A stretch of 51,129 nucleotides of DNA from the sequence record PZ445411.1; one strand, 5' to 3'. How positions within the stretch are numbered: the stretch's first letter is position 1; every line of letters starts with the position of its first letter. Shown in pieces: positions 38,520 through 46,378 of the stretch. The position numbers and the translations under genes are program-made. The notes under the pieces were generated by a model. The model worked only from the letters and a program-made list of their open reading frames with translations. It did not search any database and was not told the origin of the DNA. The stretch comes from a phage.

Positions 38520-39227
38520 TTTTGCGTTAGCTTCAAAGATTGCGCGAGCAAAACCGCGCGGTGTGAGGGAGCGGATCATCTTTGTACGAGATGATTTTCC
38601 GCCAGTTTTGGCCCAGCCAGGATTATACTTGTCGTCCTCTTTCGGTAGGATCGTTGCGCGCTGAGGAATAACAAAGCCGTTACCAGTCCAAAGGCATGTT
38701 TTCTTAAAGTACCGATCCCGCGCCGGAATAATATCAGGGAAGTCGGGATGTTTATCATCTTCCGGCAGATAGCCAGCGTAATCGCACGGATGGAACGTAT
38801 AATCAGGCTTACGCCATAACGTTGACAGCTTGCCTACAGGATTCTCTATCATGTAAGGAACACCGAAATAATCAGCGATATGAGCGGCTATTTTGCAAGT
38901 GTCGGCGGCCTCATTTTGGAAGTTAGGATTTTCCATGCGCTTTTTAGCCCAATGGCGAGATCCGCTGTTTGCTAATTGTGTGCAAGGTGGGAAGGCCATA
39001 ATGAAATCAGGCTTACCCCAATTTAAAAGTTTTGCGGTATATTTGAATAGATCATCAATCCACACATTAACGTAAAAAATGTTATCATGGATTATGCGCA
39101 CTGATTGGTAATCGCCGTGATCGGCATCATCGTAATTAAAGCAAATGCATTTATAACCAGCATCAGCCCAATCTTTAACAGCCTTACCAGATCCATCAAA
39201 CAAAGAGAAAATTAAACCTTTATACAT
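38517..39227 (-). CDS. DNA C5-cytosine methyltransferase (Dcm-like)
   Basis: 236 aa; motif I FSLFDGSG, catalytic PC motif FPPCTQ, ENV-like MIENPVG; RBS GAGGTGA. Confidence 0.65.
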   Translation of the reverse strand: MYKGLIFSLFDGSGKAVKDWADAGYKCICFNYDDADHGDYQSVRIIHDNIFYVNVWIDDLFKYTAKLLNWGKPDFIMAFPPCTQLANSGSRHWAKKRMENPNFQNEAADTCKIAAHIADYFGVPYMIENPVGKLSTLWRKPDYTFHPCDYAGYLPEDDKHPDFPDIIPARDRYFKKTCLWTGNGFVIPQRATILPKEDDKYNPGWAKTGGKSSRTKMIRSLTPRGFARAIFEANAK

Positions 39228-39236
39228 TTCATCACC

Positions 39237-39461
39237 TCAAAACGGAAAGCATCGCGGGCAGTTAGGATCAAAATTGCATCCGCAATCATTGACAATCATA
39301 GTTGGATCTGCAAATGCAGCGCCGCATTCATGATCCATATCCATTTCACCCAGCGCATCATCAAGCGTTCTGATCTTATATGCAACTTCAAGCGCTGCCT
39401 CTTTATTTAATCCGGCATCTTCAGCCATTTGCAGGCGCTCAAAAAATCCGTCCTGACTCAT
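39237..39461 (-). CDS. Cys-rich small protein (possible zinc-binding)
   Basis: 74 aa; RBS AAGGAG; C-terminal HECG...DCGCNFDPNCPRC cluster. Confidence 0.5.
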   Translation of the reverse strand: MSQDGFFERLQMAEDAGLNKEAALEVAYKIRTLDDALGEMDMDHECGAAFADPTMIVNDCGCNFDPNCPRCFPF

Positions 39462-39571
39462 TTCATAATCTCCTTTATAGCAACCAAAATAATAGCAAGA
39501 CCAGCAGTGACAACAAAAAGACCAGCAAGGCCAATCATCACTACAAATAAAATATCAAGAAATTTCATCAT
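39458..39571 (-). CDS. small hydrophobic peptide (single TM)
   Basis: 37 aa MMKFLDILFVVMIGLAGLFVVTAGLAIILVAIKEIMK; RBS AGGTGA; stop overlaps next ATG (ATGA). Confidence 0.35.
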   Translation of the reverse strand: MMKFLDILFVVMIGLAGLFVVTAGLAIILVAIKEIMK

Positions 39572-39618
39572 TATTATCACCTTTATTTAAAGGGAGGCGG
39601 AAACCTCCCATTGGTTAA

Positions 39619-39846
39619 TCATACAGCCTTCCAGCTTTCAATAAACATGCTGTTTTCTTCCAGCAGTTTAATCAATTCTTCGCGCGTGTATTTGCGGATT
39701 TTACTACCTGGATGTGAGCCAACAACAAACACACCTTTACCACTCGTGATTGTTAACTGGTTGATTCCGCAAGATTTATCCATCTTAATTGCGACGCGGT
39801 GATGTGCATCAACAGTGTTCATGATGTTAGTAACTTTAGCTTTCAT
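39619..39846 (-). CDS. hypothetical protein
   Basis: 75 aa from ATG 39846 (RBS GAGGA); the track start 39909 lies inside a conserved box. Confidence 0.45.
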   Translation of the reverse strand: MKAKVTNIMNTVDAHHRVAIKMDKSCGINQLTITSGKGVFVVGSHPGSKIRKYTREELIKLLEENSMFIESWKAV

Positions 39847-39876
39847 TATGCAATCCTCATTATATTTGGTGTGATA

Positions 39877-39918
39877 ACTATACCAGGTTTGAGAAATATT
39901 GTTTAGCAATTCGTGCTA
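39877..39918 (-). promoter_or_regulatory. conserved box variant + TATAGT cassette (minus strand)
   Basis: Minus strand TAGCACGAATTGCTAAAC, 21 nt, TATAGT; upstream of gene starting 39846. Confidence 0.45.
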
Positions 39919-40020
39919 TCAGTTGAAATAGCTATGGCGCTTTGCTCGCTTGCCGTCTCCGCCATAATGATCATTTGCAACAGCTACCATCCAGGAATTA
40001 TGGAATATTATTAGCTTCAT

Positions 40021-40302
40021 CTAATTAATGCCAACAACGTTAAAACTTACAGCTTTTGTTGCGCTAAATACATACGCTTCAACAGCCTCACCAAATACAC
40101 GAATTTTTCCATAGCCGTACTGCGCATTCATATTGCGCCAAACCGTCCTGTTAGAACAGAACGCGTTACCAGTCTTGATAAGATTATCAATCTCTTTTCT
40201 TAGGTCATGATAATCAAGCCAGAATCTATAAGCGCGTTGTTTAATGAGTTGCGCCTTGATTGTTTCGGCTGAGTTTTTAAAATCGCTGTTTTTGTATGCC
40301 AT
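40021..40302 (-). CDS. hypothetical protein
   Basis: 93 aa; RBS GGAGG; start overlaps upstream stop. Confidence 0.5.
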   Translation of the reverse strand: MAYKNSDFKNSAETIKAQLIKQRAYRFWLDYHDLRKEIDNLIKTGNAFCSNRTVWRNMNAQYGYGKIRVFGEAVEAYVFSATKAVSFNVVGIN

Positions 40303-40496
40303 TACACAACCTCCATAAAAGTATTGAATCCACGCAGTTTGAAAGCATTGCCATGTTTAACAACGTTCCATGTCAGGCCGGAGTGATACGCAACCATATC
40401 CTCAAGATCAATTGTGATGATAGCGCCTTTCTTAAAGATTCCTTTCTCGTGAGTGGTGTCACGCTGTACAACTTTAACGTCAACCTGTGTTTCCAT
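40302..40496 (-). CDS. hypothetical protein
   Basis: 64 aa; weak RBS AGGAT; preceded by a box and -10-like hexamer. Confidence 0.45.
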   Translation of the reverse strand: METQVDVKVVQRDTTHEKGIFKKGAIITIDLEDMVAYHSGLTWNVVKHGNAFKLRGFNTFMEVV

Positions 40497-40527
40497 TTTT
40501 AAATCCTAGTTCGTTGTCGATGCGCTT

Positions 40528-40570
40528 AATATACCAATCAGAGTCGCATCGGTTTTAACAAAAAGCGCTA
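40528..40570 (-). promoter_or_regulatory. conserved box + TATATT cassette (minus strand)
   Basis: Minus strand TAGCGCTTTTTGTTAAAAC (TAG is the stop of gene 40568-40858), 22 nt, TATATT. Confidence 0.45.
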
Positions 40571-40858
40571 TTCAACAACAGATCCGGTCAAAGAGATAAG
40601 CTGCCTTGTGATCTTGTGTCTGCGATACTGGCGCGCAACAACCGGAAGATTTTCACCGCTTTGATGACCGAAGCAGATCGGCAACTCACCCTCAAGAGAG
40701 CGGAAGCCGCCAAACTCAAGATCACGCACAGGCTTTGAGCGCCACGCTTCAATAAATCCGCGTTCGTCACGCGTGATATAGCGGTATATGTTCGGGAGGG
40801 GCAATTGTATCCCCTCAAAATCCACTGTATCGGTATAGCTGTAAAACTTAGAACTCAT
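40568..40858 (-). CDS. hypothetical protein
   Basis: 96 aa from ATG 40858; stop codon TAG is part of a conserved box; start overlaps stop of the upstream small ORF. Confidence 0.45.
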   Translation of the reverse strand: MSSKFYSYTDTVDFEGIQLPLPNIYRYITRDERGFIEAWRSKPVRDLEFGGFRSLEGELPICFGHQSGENLPVVARQYRRHKITRQLISLTGSVVE

Positions 40859-41000
40859 AGTCAACAACTCCAAATTCGTTAACAATTTGCGCCTTATAGA
40901 ATCCGCCATTTTTCGCCAGGTTATAACATGCCGCTACAGTTTCAAATTCGCGCACTTCCGGCTGGCTGTTTTCGTGTTCCCAGGTAATCAGAGTAACCAT
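40848..41000 (-). CDS. hypothetical small protein
   Basis: 50 aa MVTLITWEHENSQPEVREFETVAACYNLAKNGGFYKAQIVNEFGVVDYEF; RBS GAGGA; not in ORF track (below cutoff). Confidence 0.35.
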   Translation of the reverse strand: MVTLITWEHENSQPEVREFETVAACYNLAKNGGFYKAQIVNEFGVVDYEF

Positions 41001-41033
41001 TTTCAAATCCTCGCATTCGTTATCGATGTGTGT

Positions 41034-41076
41034 AATGTACAGGAATACGAGGATTGAGTTTTAACAAAAAGTGCTA
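41034..41076 (-). promoter_or_regulatory. conserved box + TACATT cassette (minus strand)
   Basis: Minus strand TAGCACTTTTTGTTAAAAC, 22 nt, TACATT; flank CGATGTGTGTAATGTAC shared with the copy at 41912-41954. Confidence 0.45.
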
Positions 41077-41077
41077 T

Positions 41078-41344
41078 TTAGTCCAGGAATTCGATTTCGC
41101 GCTCGCCAGTTAACGGATCTACAAGCCAGAATCCTAGCGCCTCACCGTAAATACCGCCATAGAATCCAAGCGCCGACAGATCCTCACCTTTAACAAATAC
41201 CAGATCCCCGCTACGGCTTACGTGAGATACGTTAACGATAACCGGAAAGGTGCGATCCTTAAATGCAGGCCGCAGGGAGTAACACCCGTTATTGAGCAAA
41301 CGTGCTTTGCGCTTAACTGGAATAGGTGCATTGATTCGCGCCAT
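41078..41344 (-). CDS. hypothetical protein
   Basis: 88 aa; RBS AAGGAG; stop followed by a conserved box. Confidence 0.5.
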   Translation of the reverse strand: MARINAPIPVKRKARLLNNGCYSLRPAFKDRTFPVIVNVSHVSRSGDLVFVKGEDLSALGFYGGIYGEALGFWLVDPLTGEREIEFLD

Positions 41345-41357
41345 CTTTATTTCTCCT

Positions 41358-41603
41358 TCATTGTTGATCGTGTTTAACTGCCATCAGAACATCACAGGAC
41401 TCGTTAATAAATTTTGCCATGCGCTTATCATCACCAGCAGGGATTAGCGCGTTAAACTCGCGTTTGCTACTGAACACCGTCACTTTATGGAATGATGCGA
41501 ACGGCATAGACGGAAACTCCACGGTTTTCGTCAGTATACGCAAACCCATCTTTTTGGCCCTTACCTGGGCCTCGGCAAGTTCAAAATCCACTTCACTAAT
41601 CAT
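41358..41603 (-). CDS. hypothetical protein
   Basis: 81 aa; RBS GAGGAG; start overlaps upstream stop. Confidence 0.5.
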   Translation of the reverse strand: MISEVDFELAEAQVRAKKMGLRILTKTVEFPSMPFASFHKVTVFSSKREFNALIPAGDDKRMAKFINESCDVLMAVKHDQQ

Positions 41604-41872
41604 TTCTTGATCTCCTCAGCAATAAACTTCAGGACTTTGCGCAAAAACACTTCATTATTGATGGTAGCTGGCAATTCCTCTTTCACTTCTTGCGGCAGAT
41701 AGATATTACCGTGCCAGGTTAAGCAATCGTAATTGATACGATAAGAGCAAAGCCACTCGCAATCGTTATCCGCTTCCCAAATGCAGAGTTGCAGAACATC
41801 GACAAAATCTTCAACAGTCAGATCCAGACCGTGACGCTTTGCAAAGTTGAAAGTGGTTTTGCTGATGTTCAT
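41600..41872 (-). CDS. hypothetical protein
   Basis: 90 aa; RBS AGGAGA; Cys/Trp-rich. Confidence 0.5.
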   Translation of the reverse strand: MNISKTTFNFAKRHGLDLTVEDFVDVLQLCIWEADNDCEWLCSYRINYDCLTWHGNIYLPQEVKEELPATINNEVFLRKVLKFIAEEIKK

Positions 41873-41911
41873 TTTACTGTCTCCTGATGGGTATCTCGTT
41901 TCGATGTGTCT

Positions 41912-41954
41912 AATGTACCCGATCAGGCGGATTCAGTTTTAACAAAAAGTGCTA
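41912..41954 (-). promoter_or_regulatory. conserved box + TACATT cassette (minus strand)
   Basis: Minus strand TAGCACTTTTTGTTAAAAC, 22 nt, TACATT; lies in the 3' end of ORF 41923-42210. Confidence 0.45.
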
Positions 41955-42210
41955 TTTGCTGACTGGTCATTATTCCATCTATTCCATTAATCAGGAATAA
42001 CAGGAATAACTCATTCTCGATCACCTGGATTGTGAGACTTTGAGTTTGATCAATTTTAATCAGGTGATTAACTTTTTGTGTGGAGGGGATAGAGAAACAC
42101 GGCCCTCTTGCATCCTTTCCTGCAATCATGGCGCGCGCATCTGTTATTTCTGTTCTCCGTGTTATCTCAAATAAGCCTCCGCACTTTGAGATAACAGAAA
42201 CGGCGTTCAT
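41923..42210 (-). CDS. hypothetical protein (first gene of the leftward block; start uncertain)
   Basis: Open frame ends at 41923; no convincing RBS for ATG 42210 or 42249; a conserved box lies in its 3' end where it encodes IALFVKT. Confidence 0.3.
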   Translation of the reverse strand: MNAVSVISKCGGLFEITRRTEITDARAMIAGKDARGPCFSIPSTQKVNHLIKIDQTQSLTIQVIENELFLLFLINGIDGIMTSQQIALFVKTESA

Positions 42211-42247
42211 CAACAAAAAGAACAAAATAAAATTTATATATATACCC

Positions 42248-42288
42248 ATAAAATCAATAAGTTAGTTATATATGTATTTATATTTGTT
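42248..42288. repeat. conserved AT-rich segment, copy B (partner at 20416-20455)
   Basis: ATAAAATCAATAAGTTAGTTATATATGTATTTATATTTGTT; followed by GT-rich degenerate repeats to about 42420. Confidence 0.6.
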
Positions 42289-42544
42289 ATTTACTGTTGA
42301 GCTTGTTCTATGGGTATATGGTGGTGTGGTATTGTTTGTGGTGATATGTATGTGTGATTGTATATTTTTTAATCAATGGTGATGTGTGGTGATTTTTGTA
42401 TGTATATATATGGGTATGGAGCAATCCTCCGTCAACCAAGTAAACAATGTCATTTTTAACAGAAAAACCAATGACTTAACTGAAGCATTTTGTTATCTTT
42501 AAACGCGCCACGTGCCAAAAATTGTTATTAAAACACAAAATATA

Positions 42545-42574
42545 TTGACATGTAGGAAAGGCAAGGCAATAATG
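42545..42574 (+). promoter_or_regulatory. strong sigma70-like early promoter for the rightward small-gene block
   Basis: Consensus -35 TTGACA (42545-42550), 17-18 nt spacer, -10 ATAAT around 42568-42574; 36 nt upstream of ATG 42610. Confidence 0.55.
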
Positions 42575-42609
42575 CATCCAGTTCAAACGCAACAAAAGGA
42601 GTAGACGCC

Positions 42610-43095
42610 ATGAATGAAGAAAATGTTAGTTCTATGTCGCGTAGTGAGTTCTGCGATATGCTTCGCAGCCTGGGCGCGGCAATTGGTAGCGGCGAGCGTA
42701 ACAATGTATTCATGCCAGCACTTTTCTTGTGCGCTAACGTGGAGAACGGCGACGCAATTACAGCATCGTACATGCGCCAGGTGGTAAACCGTGTGCCAGA
42801 AGTAAAGCAAAAAGGCGTGATCAGCATTAAGCGAAAGGTGACTGATGAGGGTGATGGCTTTGTGTTTACGCTCACTGAAGCCAAAAGCAAGCCTCGCGTT
42901 CTGACTGGTGAAGAAATCGACGAGATCGCAGAAAAGCGCGCAGAGAAGGCGGTAAGCAAAATTCTTAATCACCTGGTAAACGTAATGCCAAATATCACAG
43001 ACATGGAAGGCGACAAACTTGCTGGAGCGTGTGAGGCTATCGGGCGCTACCAGGATATGATTCGTAAACTCGCTGGAGGAAAAGAGGATGAATAA
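42610..43095 (+). CDS. hypothetical protein (first rightward early gene)
   Basis: 161 aa; RBS AAAGGAG; 36 nt downstream of a near-consensus promoter. Confidence 0.55.
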   Translation: MNEENVSSMSRSEFCDMLRSLGAAIGSGERNNVFMPALFLCANVENGDAITASYMRQVVNRVPEVKQKGVISIKRKVTDEGDGFVFTLTEAKSKPRVLTGEEIDEIAEKRAEKAVSKILNHLVNVMPNITDMEGDKLAGACEAIGRYQDMIRKLAGGKEDE

Positions 43096-43348
43096 GGCAT
43101 TAATTGGAGTTTTGATTGCAATTGCTACCCTGACCGGATGCGAAAAGGCATCTGAATCAACAGTTGTCGTAGGAGTTGAGTCAGATTTCAAAGTCGGTCG
43201 CCTGTTCACTGTTGACGGATGCACGGCATACCGATTCTATGACAACGGTCGAGCAATCTATTACACCAATTGCAAGGGCGCAACGGATAGCACATACCGC
43301 ATCGGCAAAAACGTAATGCACCAACAAGTCACAACAGATATTAAATAG
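43088..43348 (+). CDS. lipoprotein
   Basis: 86 aa; signal peptide with lipobox LTGC; three further Cys; stop TAG is the start of a conserved box. Confidence 0.55.
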   Translation: MNKALIGVLIAIATLTGCEKASESTVVVGVESDFKVGRLFTVDGCTAYRFYDNGRAIYYTNCKGATDSTYRIGKNVMHQQVTTDIK

Positions 43349-43388
43349 CACTTTTTGTTAAAACGCCAGGCGCAAAGCCTGGCATAAT
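43346..43388 (+). promoter_or_regulatory. conserved box + hairpin + CATAAT cassette
   Basis: TAGCACTTTTTGTTAAAAC (TAG is the lipoprotein stop), hairpin GCCAGGCGCAAAGCCTGGC, CATAAT at 43383-43388. Confidence 0.5.
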
Positions 43389-43420
43389 AGCCTCATCGAA
43401 ACGAGATTGAGGAAAACAAA

Positions 43421-43606
43421 ATGGCACGTCGCATCACCAAAGACCTTAAAGTTCTGAACAAAGAAAACGTAGTTAAAATCCTGGTTATCTGGGGCTACAA
43501 CGAAGAAACAGCAAAGCAGAAGGTAGATGCGGGTTATGACCTGGCTGTAAAAGCAATGCCAAACGACGACGCCAAAGGCATTGCAAACTATGTGGCTTTC
43601 TTTTAA
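43421..43606 (+). CDS. hypothetical protein
   Basis: 61 aa; RBS GAGGAAAACAAA-ATG. Confidence 0.5.
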   Translation: MARRITKDLKVLNKENVVKILVIWGYNEETAKQKVDAGYDLAVKAMPNDDAKGIANYVAFF

Positions 43607-43621
43607 TTAGCAGGTGAATAA

Positions 43622-43807
43622 ATGAAAACGAAATTAGTCCATAAATCAGAAATAAAGATCGGCGACACTGTGATTCACAACGGCGAGCTTAGAACGGTTG
43701 GTAAAGAGTCAATAAGCCACGATGAATTTATGGGGATCTTGTTGTTCGGTGACTCTTATCGGCTGGGCTATAAAATGGTTGAGCTTGTTGAAGAGGTAAA
43801 ATTCTAA
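43622..43807 (+). CDS. hypothetical protein
   Basis: 61 aa; RBS AGGTGA; followed by a conserved box. Confidence 0.5.
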   Translation: MKTKLVHKSEIKIGDTVIHNGELRTVGKESISHDEFMGILLFGDSYRLGYKMVELVEEVKF

Positions 43808-43808
43808 A

Positions 43809-43851
43809 TAGCACTTTTTGTTAAAACTAAAAAACGATAACCAGTCATAAT
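43809..43851 (+). promoter_or_regulatory. conserved box + CATAAT cassette
   Basis: TAGCACTTTTTGTTAAAAC, 22 nt, CATAAT at 43846-43851. Confidence 0.5.
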
Positions 43852-43906
43852 ACATCACATAGGGCGGCACGGCGTCGCCCAGTTAAACCAATCAGGAGAA
43901 AGTACC

Positions 43907-44788
43907 ATGTTAAAACTTGCTAACATTAAATTCCCGATCACCTTCGAATCTCGCGGCGTTGGTCATTTCATGTTTACCGACGAGAAGACATGCACTAAGT
44001 TTAACGAATACGGAAGCCCAAACGCTTCAACAATGGAGATTGAACACTTCATTGAAGCGCACAATAAACACTACAACTCACTCAGAGACTACGCTTACGC
44101 AATGCCAGGATACACATGTTTTCACTACAAGCCATATAAAGGCCAGGTGTTACCAGTGCGCTCACCGGAACGCGCAGAGATTCCGATGGTCAATATGAAA
44201 ACCTGCGACCACAAAAAGCTGTGGTGCTTAAGCGTGGATAACATCAAGTATCCGATTGTTTTTCATTGTTGCGGTGGTTCAACAATCAGGTTCACATCGC
44301 GCGACAATGGCGTTTATAGCGATGGTCAGAAATCAGAGTTGAAAGTTGATTTCTTTGTTAATGGTCACAACAAATTCAATCCGCACAATGAAGAAGATAA
44401 GGTGTACTACGTGGAAGACATTACAAAACACTTGTTTGGAGAAACACCATTCGGCGGCGGTAAGTCATATTTTGCGCAGGCGATAGATAACGCTGCGCGA
44501 CGCATTGGTGAGCAGATTCACAGTCAAACAATTAAGGCGTCTGGTCTTGTTGCGCAAGACGTCGTAAGTCAGGGCGCTATTGAATACATGCCAGTTGCCG
44601 CCACGCTAAAAGGCGTTCAGCTTGATGATGGTATGTGGTTTGAAGTAACGGCAAAACCAAAGACGATCGAGATTCATGATGATGTTGTTATTCTTCTGCT
44701 TCATTACGGTAGCGCAAAAAACCGTACCGTTGCGGGTGAGATTAGTATCAAGCGCGGAACGATGGTTAAGTGGAAGGTTAGCGCATGA
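43907..44788 (+). CDS. hypothetical protein with internal duplication
   Basis: 293 aa; RBS AGGAGA; two similar segments (NIKFPITFESRGVGHFMFTDE / NIKYPIVFHCCGGSTIRFTSRD). Confidence 0.55.
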   Translation: MLKLANIKFPITFESRGVGHFMFTDEKTCTKFNEYGSPNASTMEIEHFIEAHNKHYNSLRDYAYAMPGYTCFHYKPYKGQVLPVRSPERAEIPMVNMKTCDHKKLWCLSVDNIKYPIVFHCCGGSTIRFTSRDNGVYSDGQKSELKVDFFVNGHNKFNPHNEEDKVYYVEDITKHLFGETPFGGGKSYFAQAIDNAARRIGEQIHSQTIKASGLVAQDVVSQGAIEYMPVAATLKGVQLDDGMWFEVTAKPKTIEIHDDVVILLLHYGSAKNRTVAGEISIKRGTMVKWKVSA

Positions 44789-44857
44789 GCATTTACACGT
44801 TGATGCACATTGCAGGCTGGATAGGACTGTTTGGATACATCCTAATGAATTATTAAA

Positions 44858-44899
44858 TAGCACGAATTGTTAAAACTCAAATGTGGGGCCAGGTATAAT
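44858..44899 (+). promoter_or_regulatory. conserved box variant + TATAAT cassette
   Basis: TAGCACGAATTGTTAAAAC, 21 nt, TATAAT at 44894-44899 embedded in GGCC...GGCC palindrome. Confidence 0.5.
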
Positions 44900-44929
44900 G
44901 GCCTCACTTTCAATGAAGGAGATAAAACG

Positions 44930-45148
44930 ATGTACATTAACAAGAAGATGAAATGCATTTCCGTTAACTATGGTTGCGCTGGCATGTTCAAGCCTGGCGA
45001 AATCTATATGGCGCAAAAGTTGAAATCATCAACCGGATCTTTTTATGTGAGCAATAGTAAGGGGCATCGCATGTTCCTGAACGGCGGTGAAGGCACTAAG
45101 GTTATGGCATACGCTATGGTAATTGCTGAATTTGAGGAAGTGAAATAA
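44930..45148 (+). CDS. hypothetical protein
   Basis: 72 aa from ATG 44930 with RBS AAGGAG; the track start 44867 lies inside a box. Confidence 0.45.
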   Translation: MYINKKMKCISVNYGCAGMFKPGEIYMAQKLKSSTGSFYVSNSKGHRMFLNGGEGTKVMAYAMVIAEFEEVK

Positions 45149-45861
45149 TGAAAAAATACGAGTTCGAACTTTGGGGCATCAAATACCATTTTTCCACGAG
45201 CAAGCCGATTGTTATTGTTGATCTGGACGGAACGTTATCAGATGGAACGCATCGCTTGCACCTGCTGCCGACAGAAGATTTGCACCTTACAGAAAGCTGG
45301 TCTGAGTTCAACAAAGCGGCTGTTGGCGATTCGCCGATTAAGAGCACGGTTGCAGTGGTTAACGGATTGTGGATGTCAGGATTTGCCATCGTTATCCTGA
45401 CCGGGCGTAGCGATGAAGTGATTGAGGACACCTGCAAATGGCTTAACGAAAACGGCATCAAGTACGATGCGTTAATCATGCGACGCAAGGAAGACAACCG
45501 CAAAGACACAATCATCAAAGAAGAAGTCTTGCGCGCTATCGGACTGGAAAACATTGTGTGCGCTTTTGATGATTCGCCGAACGTTGTTAAGCACTTCCGC
45601 AGCCTGGGAATCACAACCTATCAGGTCACGGAATACGACAAGCCACATAGTCACATCCAATCGCACGGCGTTGAAGCAATCAAGATCACGAAGCGCGCCC
45701 GATTCGTTGGCAGCAAAGACAGCCTTGTGAATGCCAGCTTTACTAGAGGAATAACCTATGACGTTGTTTCTTATCATGACAAGAGCTTTATAGTTCATGA
45801 TGATTCTGGATGCGCCTGGTCATTCGATCATAGTGACGGCGATTTTGTTAATGCTGAATAG
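45148..45861 (+). CDS. HAD-superfamily phosphatase (nucleotidase / polynucleotide phosphatase-like)
   Basis: 237 aa; HAD motif I VDLDGTLSDGTHR; RBS GAGGAAG. Confidence 0.6.
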   Translation: MKKYEFELWGIKYHFSTSKPIVIVDLDGTLSDGTHRLHLLPTEDLHLTESWSEFNKAAVGDSPIKSTVAVVNGLWMSGFAIVILTGRSDEVIEDTCKWLNENGIKYDALIMRRKEDNRKDTIIKEEVLRAIGLENIVCAFDDSPNVVKHFRSLGITTYQVTEYDKPHSHIQSHGVEAIKITKRARFVGSKDSLVNASFTRGITYDVVSYHDKSFIVHDDSGCAWSFDHSDGDFVNAE

Positions 45862-45901
45862 CACTTTTTGCAAAAACAGATTATCGGGCTTGCGGTATAG
45901 T
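45859..45901 (+). promoter_or_regulatory. conserved box variant + TATAGT cassette
   Basis: TAGCACTTTTTGCAAAAAC (TAG is the HAD phosphatase stop), 22 nt, TATAGT at 45896-45901. Confidence 0.5.
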
Positions 45902-45932
45902 AAGCCCATCGACAACAAGTGAGGATTAAATC

Positions 45933-46196
45933 ATGGTTAATAAAGTTGAGTTTTTCAAAGCGGTAGACAAGATTGACGGCGCGCCAAGTTTCTTTGCTAT
46001 CCATTCCATTGACGGCGAAGACGTTGCATACAACGTGATTAGTCGAGACGGTATATCAAAACTTAGTGACCTTGTGGGTTATATTGTAGCAAACGGGAAA
46101 TGTGCATGGCCCGATTCGCCACGAGAGCCGCGCCGCCGCGACATGCAAAATCCAGTCCTGCTTTACACGCTGGTAATTGAAGGAGTCAACAAATGA
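45933..46196 (+). CDS. hypothetical protein
   Basis: 87 aa; RBS GAGGA. Confidence 0.5.
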   Translation: MVNKVEFFKAVDKIDGAPSFFAIHSIDGEDVAYNVISRDGISKLSDLVGYIVANGKCAWPDSPREPRRRDMQNPVLLYTLVIEGVNK

Positions 46197-46378
46197 TTTG
46201 GTTACTTGTATTTTTAGTGGTTTTCTTTTATATTTCAGGTTTATTCATCTTCCGCGCATTGGTTAAAGAGTGTGATTGCACTGATAAAGATCAGCCTCTT
46301 GTTCTGATGTTCTGGTTTGTGTGGTTTTGGGTGGCGCTTTACCAGATTGTACGGGATGAAAGCGGCTTTAAGTGGTGA
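46193..46378 (+). CDS. small membrane protein
   Basis: 61 aa; two hydrophobic segments; RBS AAGGAG; start overlaps upstream stop. Confidence 0.45.
   Translation: MIWLLVFLVVFFYISGLFIFRALVKECDCTDKDQPLVLMFWFVWFWVALYQIVRDESGFKW

Noticed and set aside
39919-40020. 33-codon minus-strand ORF between gene 40021-40302 and the box at 39901-39918
   Set aside because: No Shine-Dalgarno sequence; only support is TAG-ATG coupling; too short and unsupported to annotate.
42583-43224. 213-aa minus-strand ORF overlapping the first rightward early gene and the lipoprotein gene
   Set aside because: Antisense to two plus-strand genes with strong RBSs just downstream of a near-consensus promoter; no RBS; would be read against the main early transcript.
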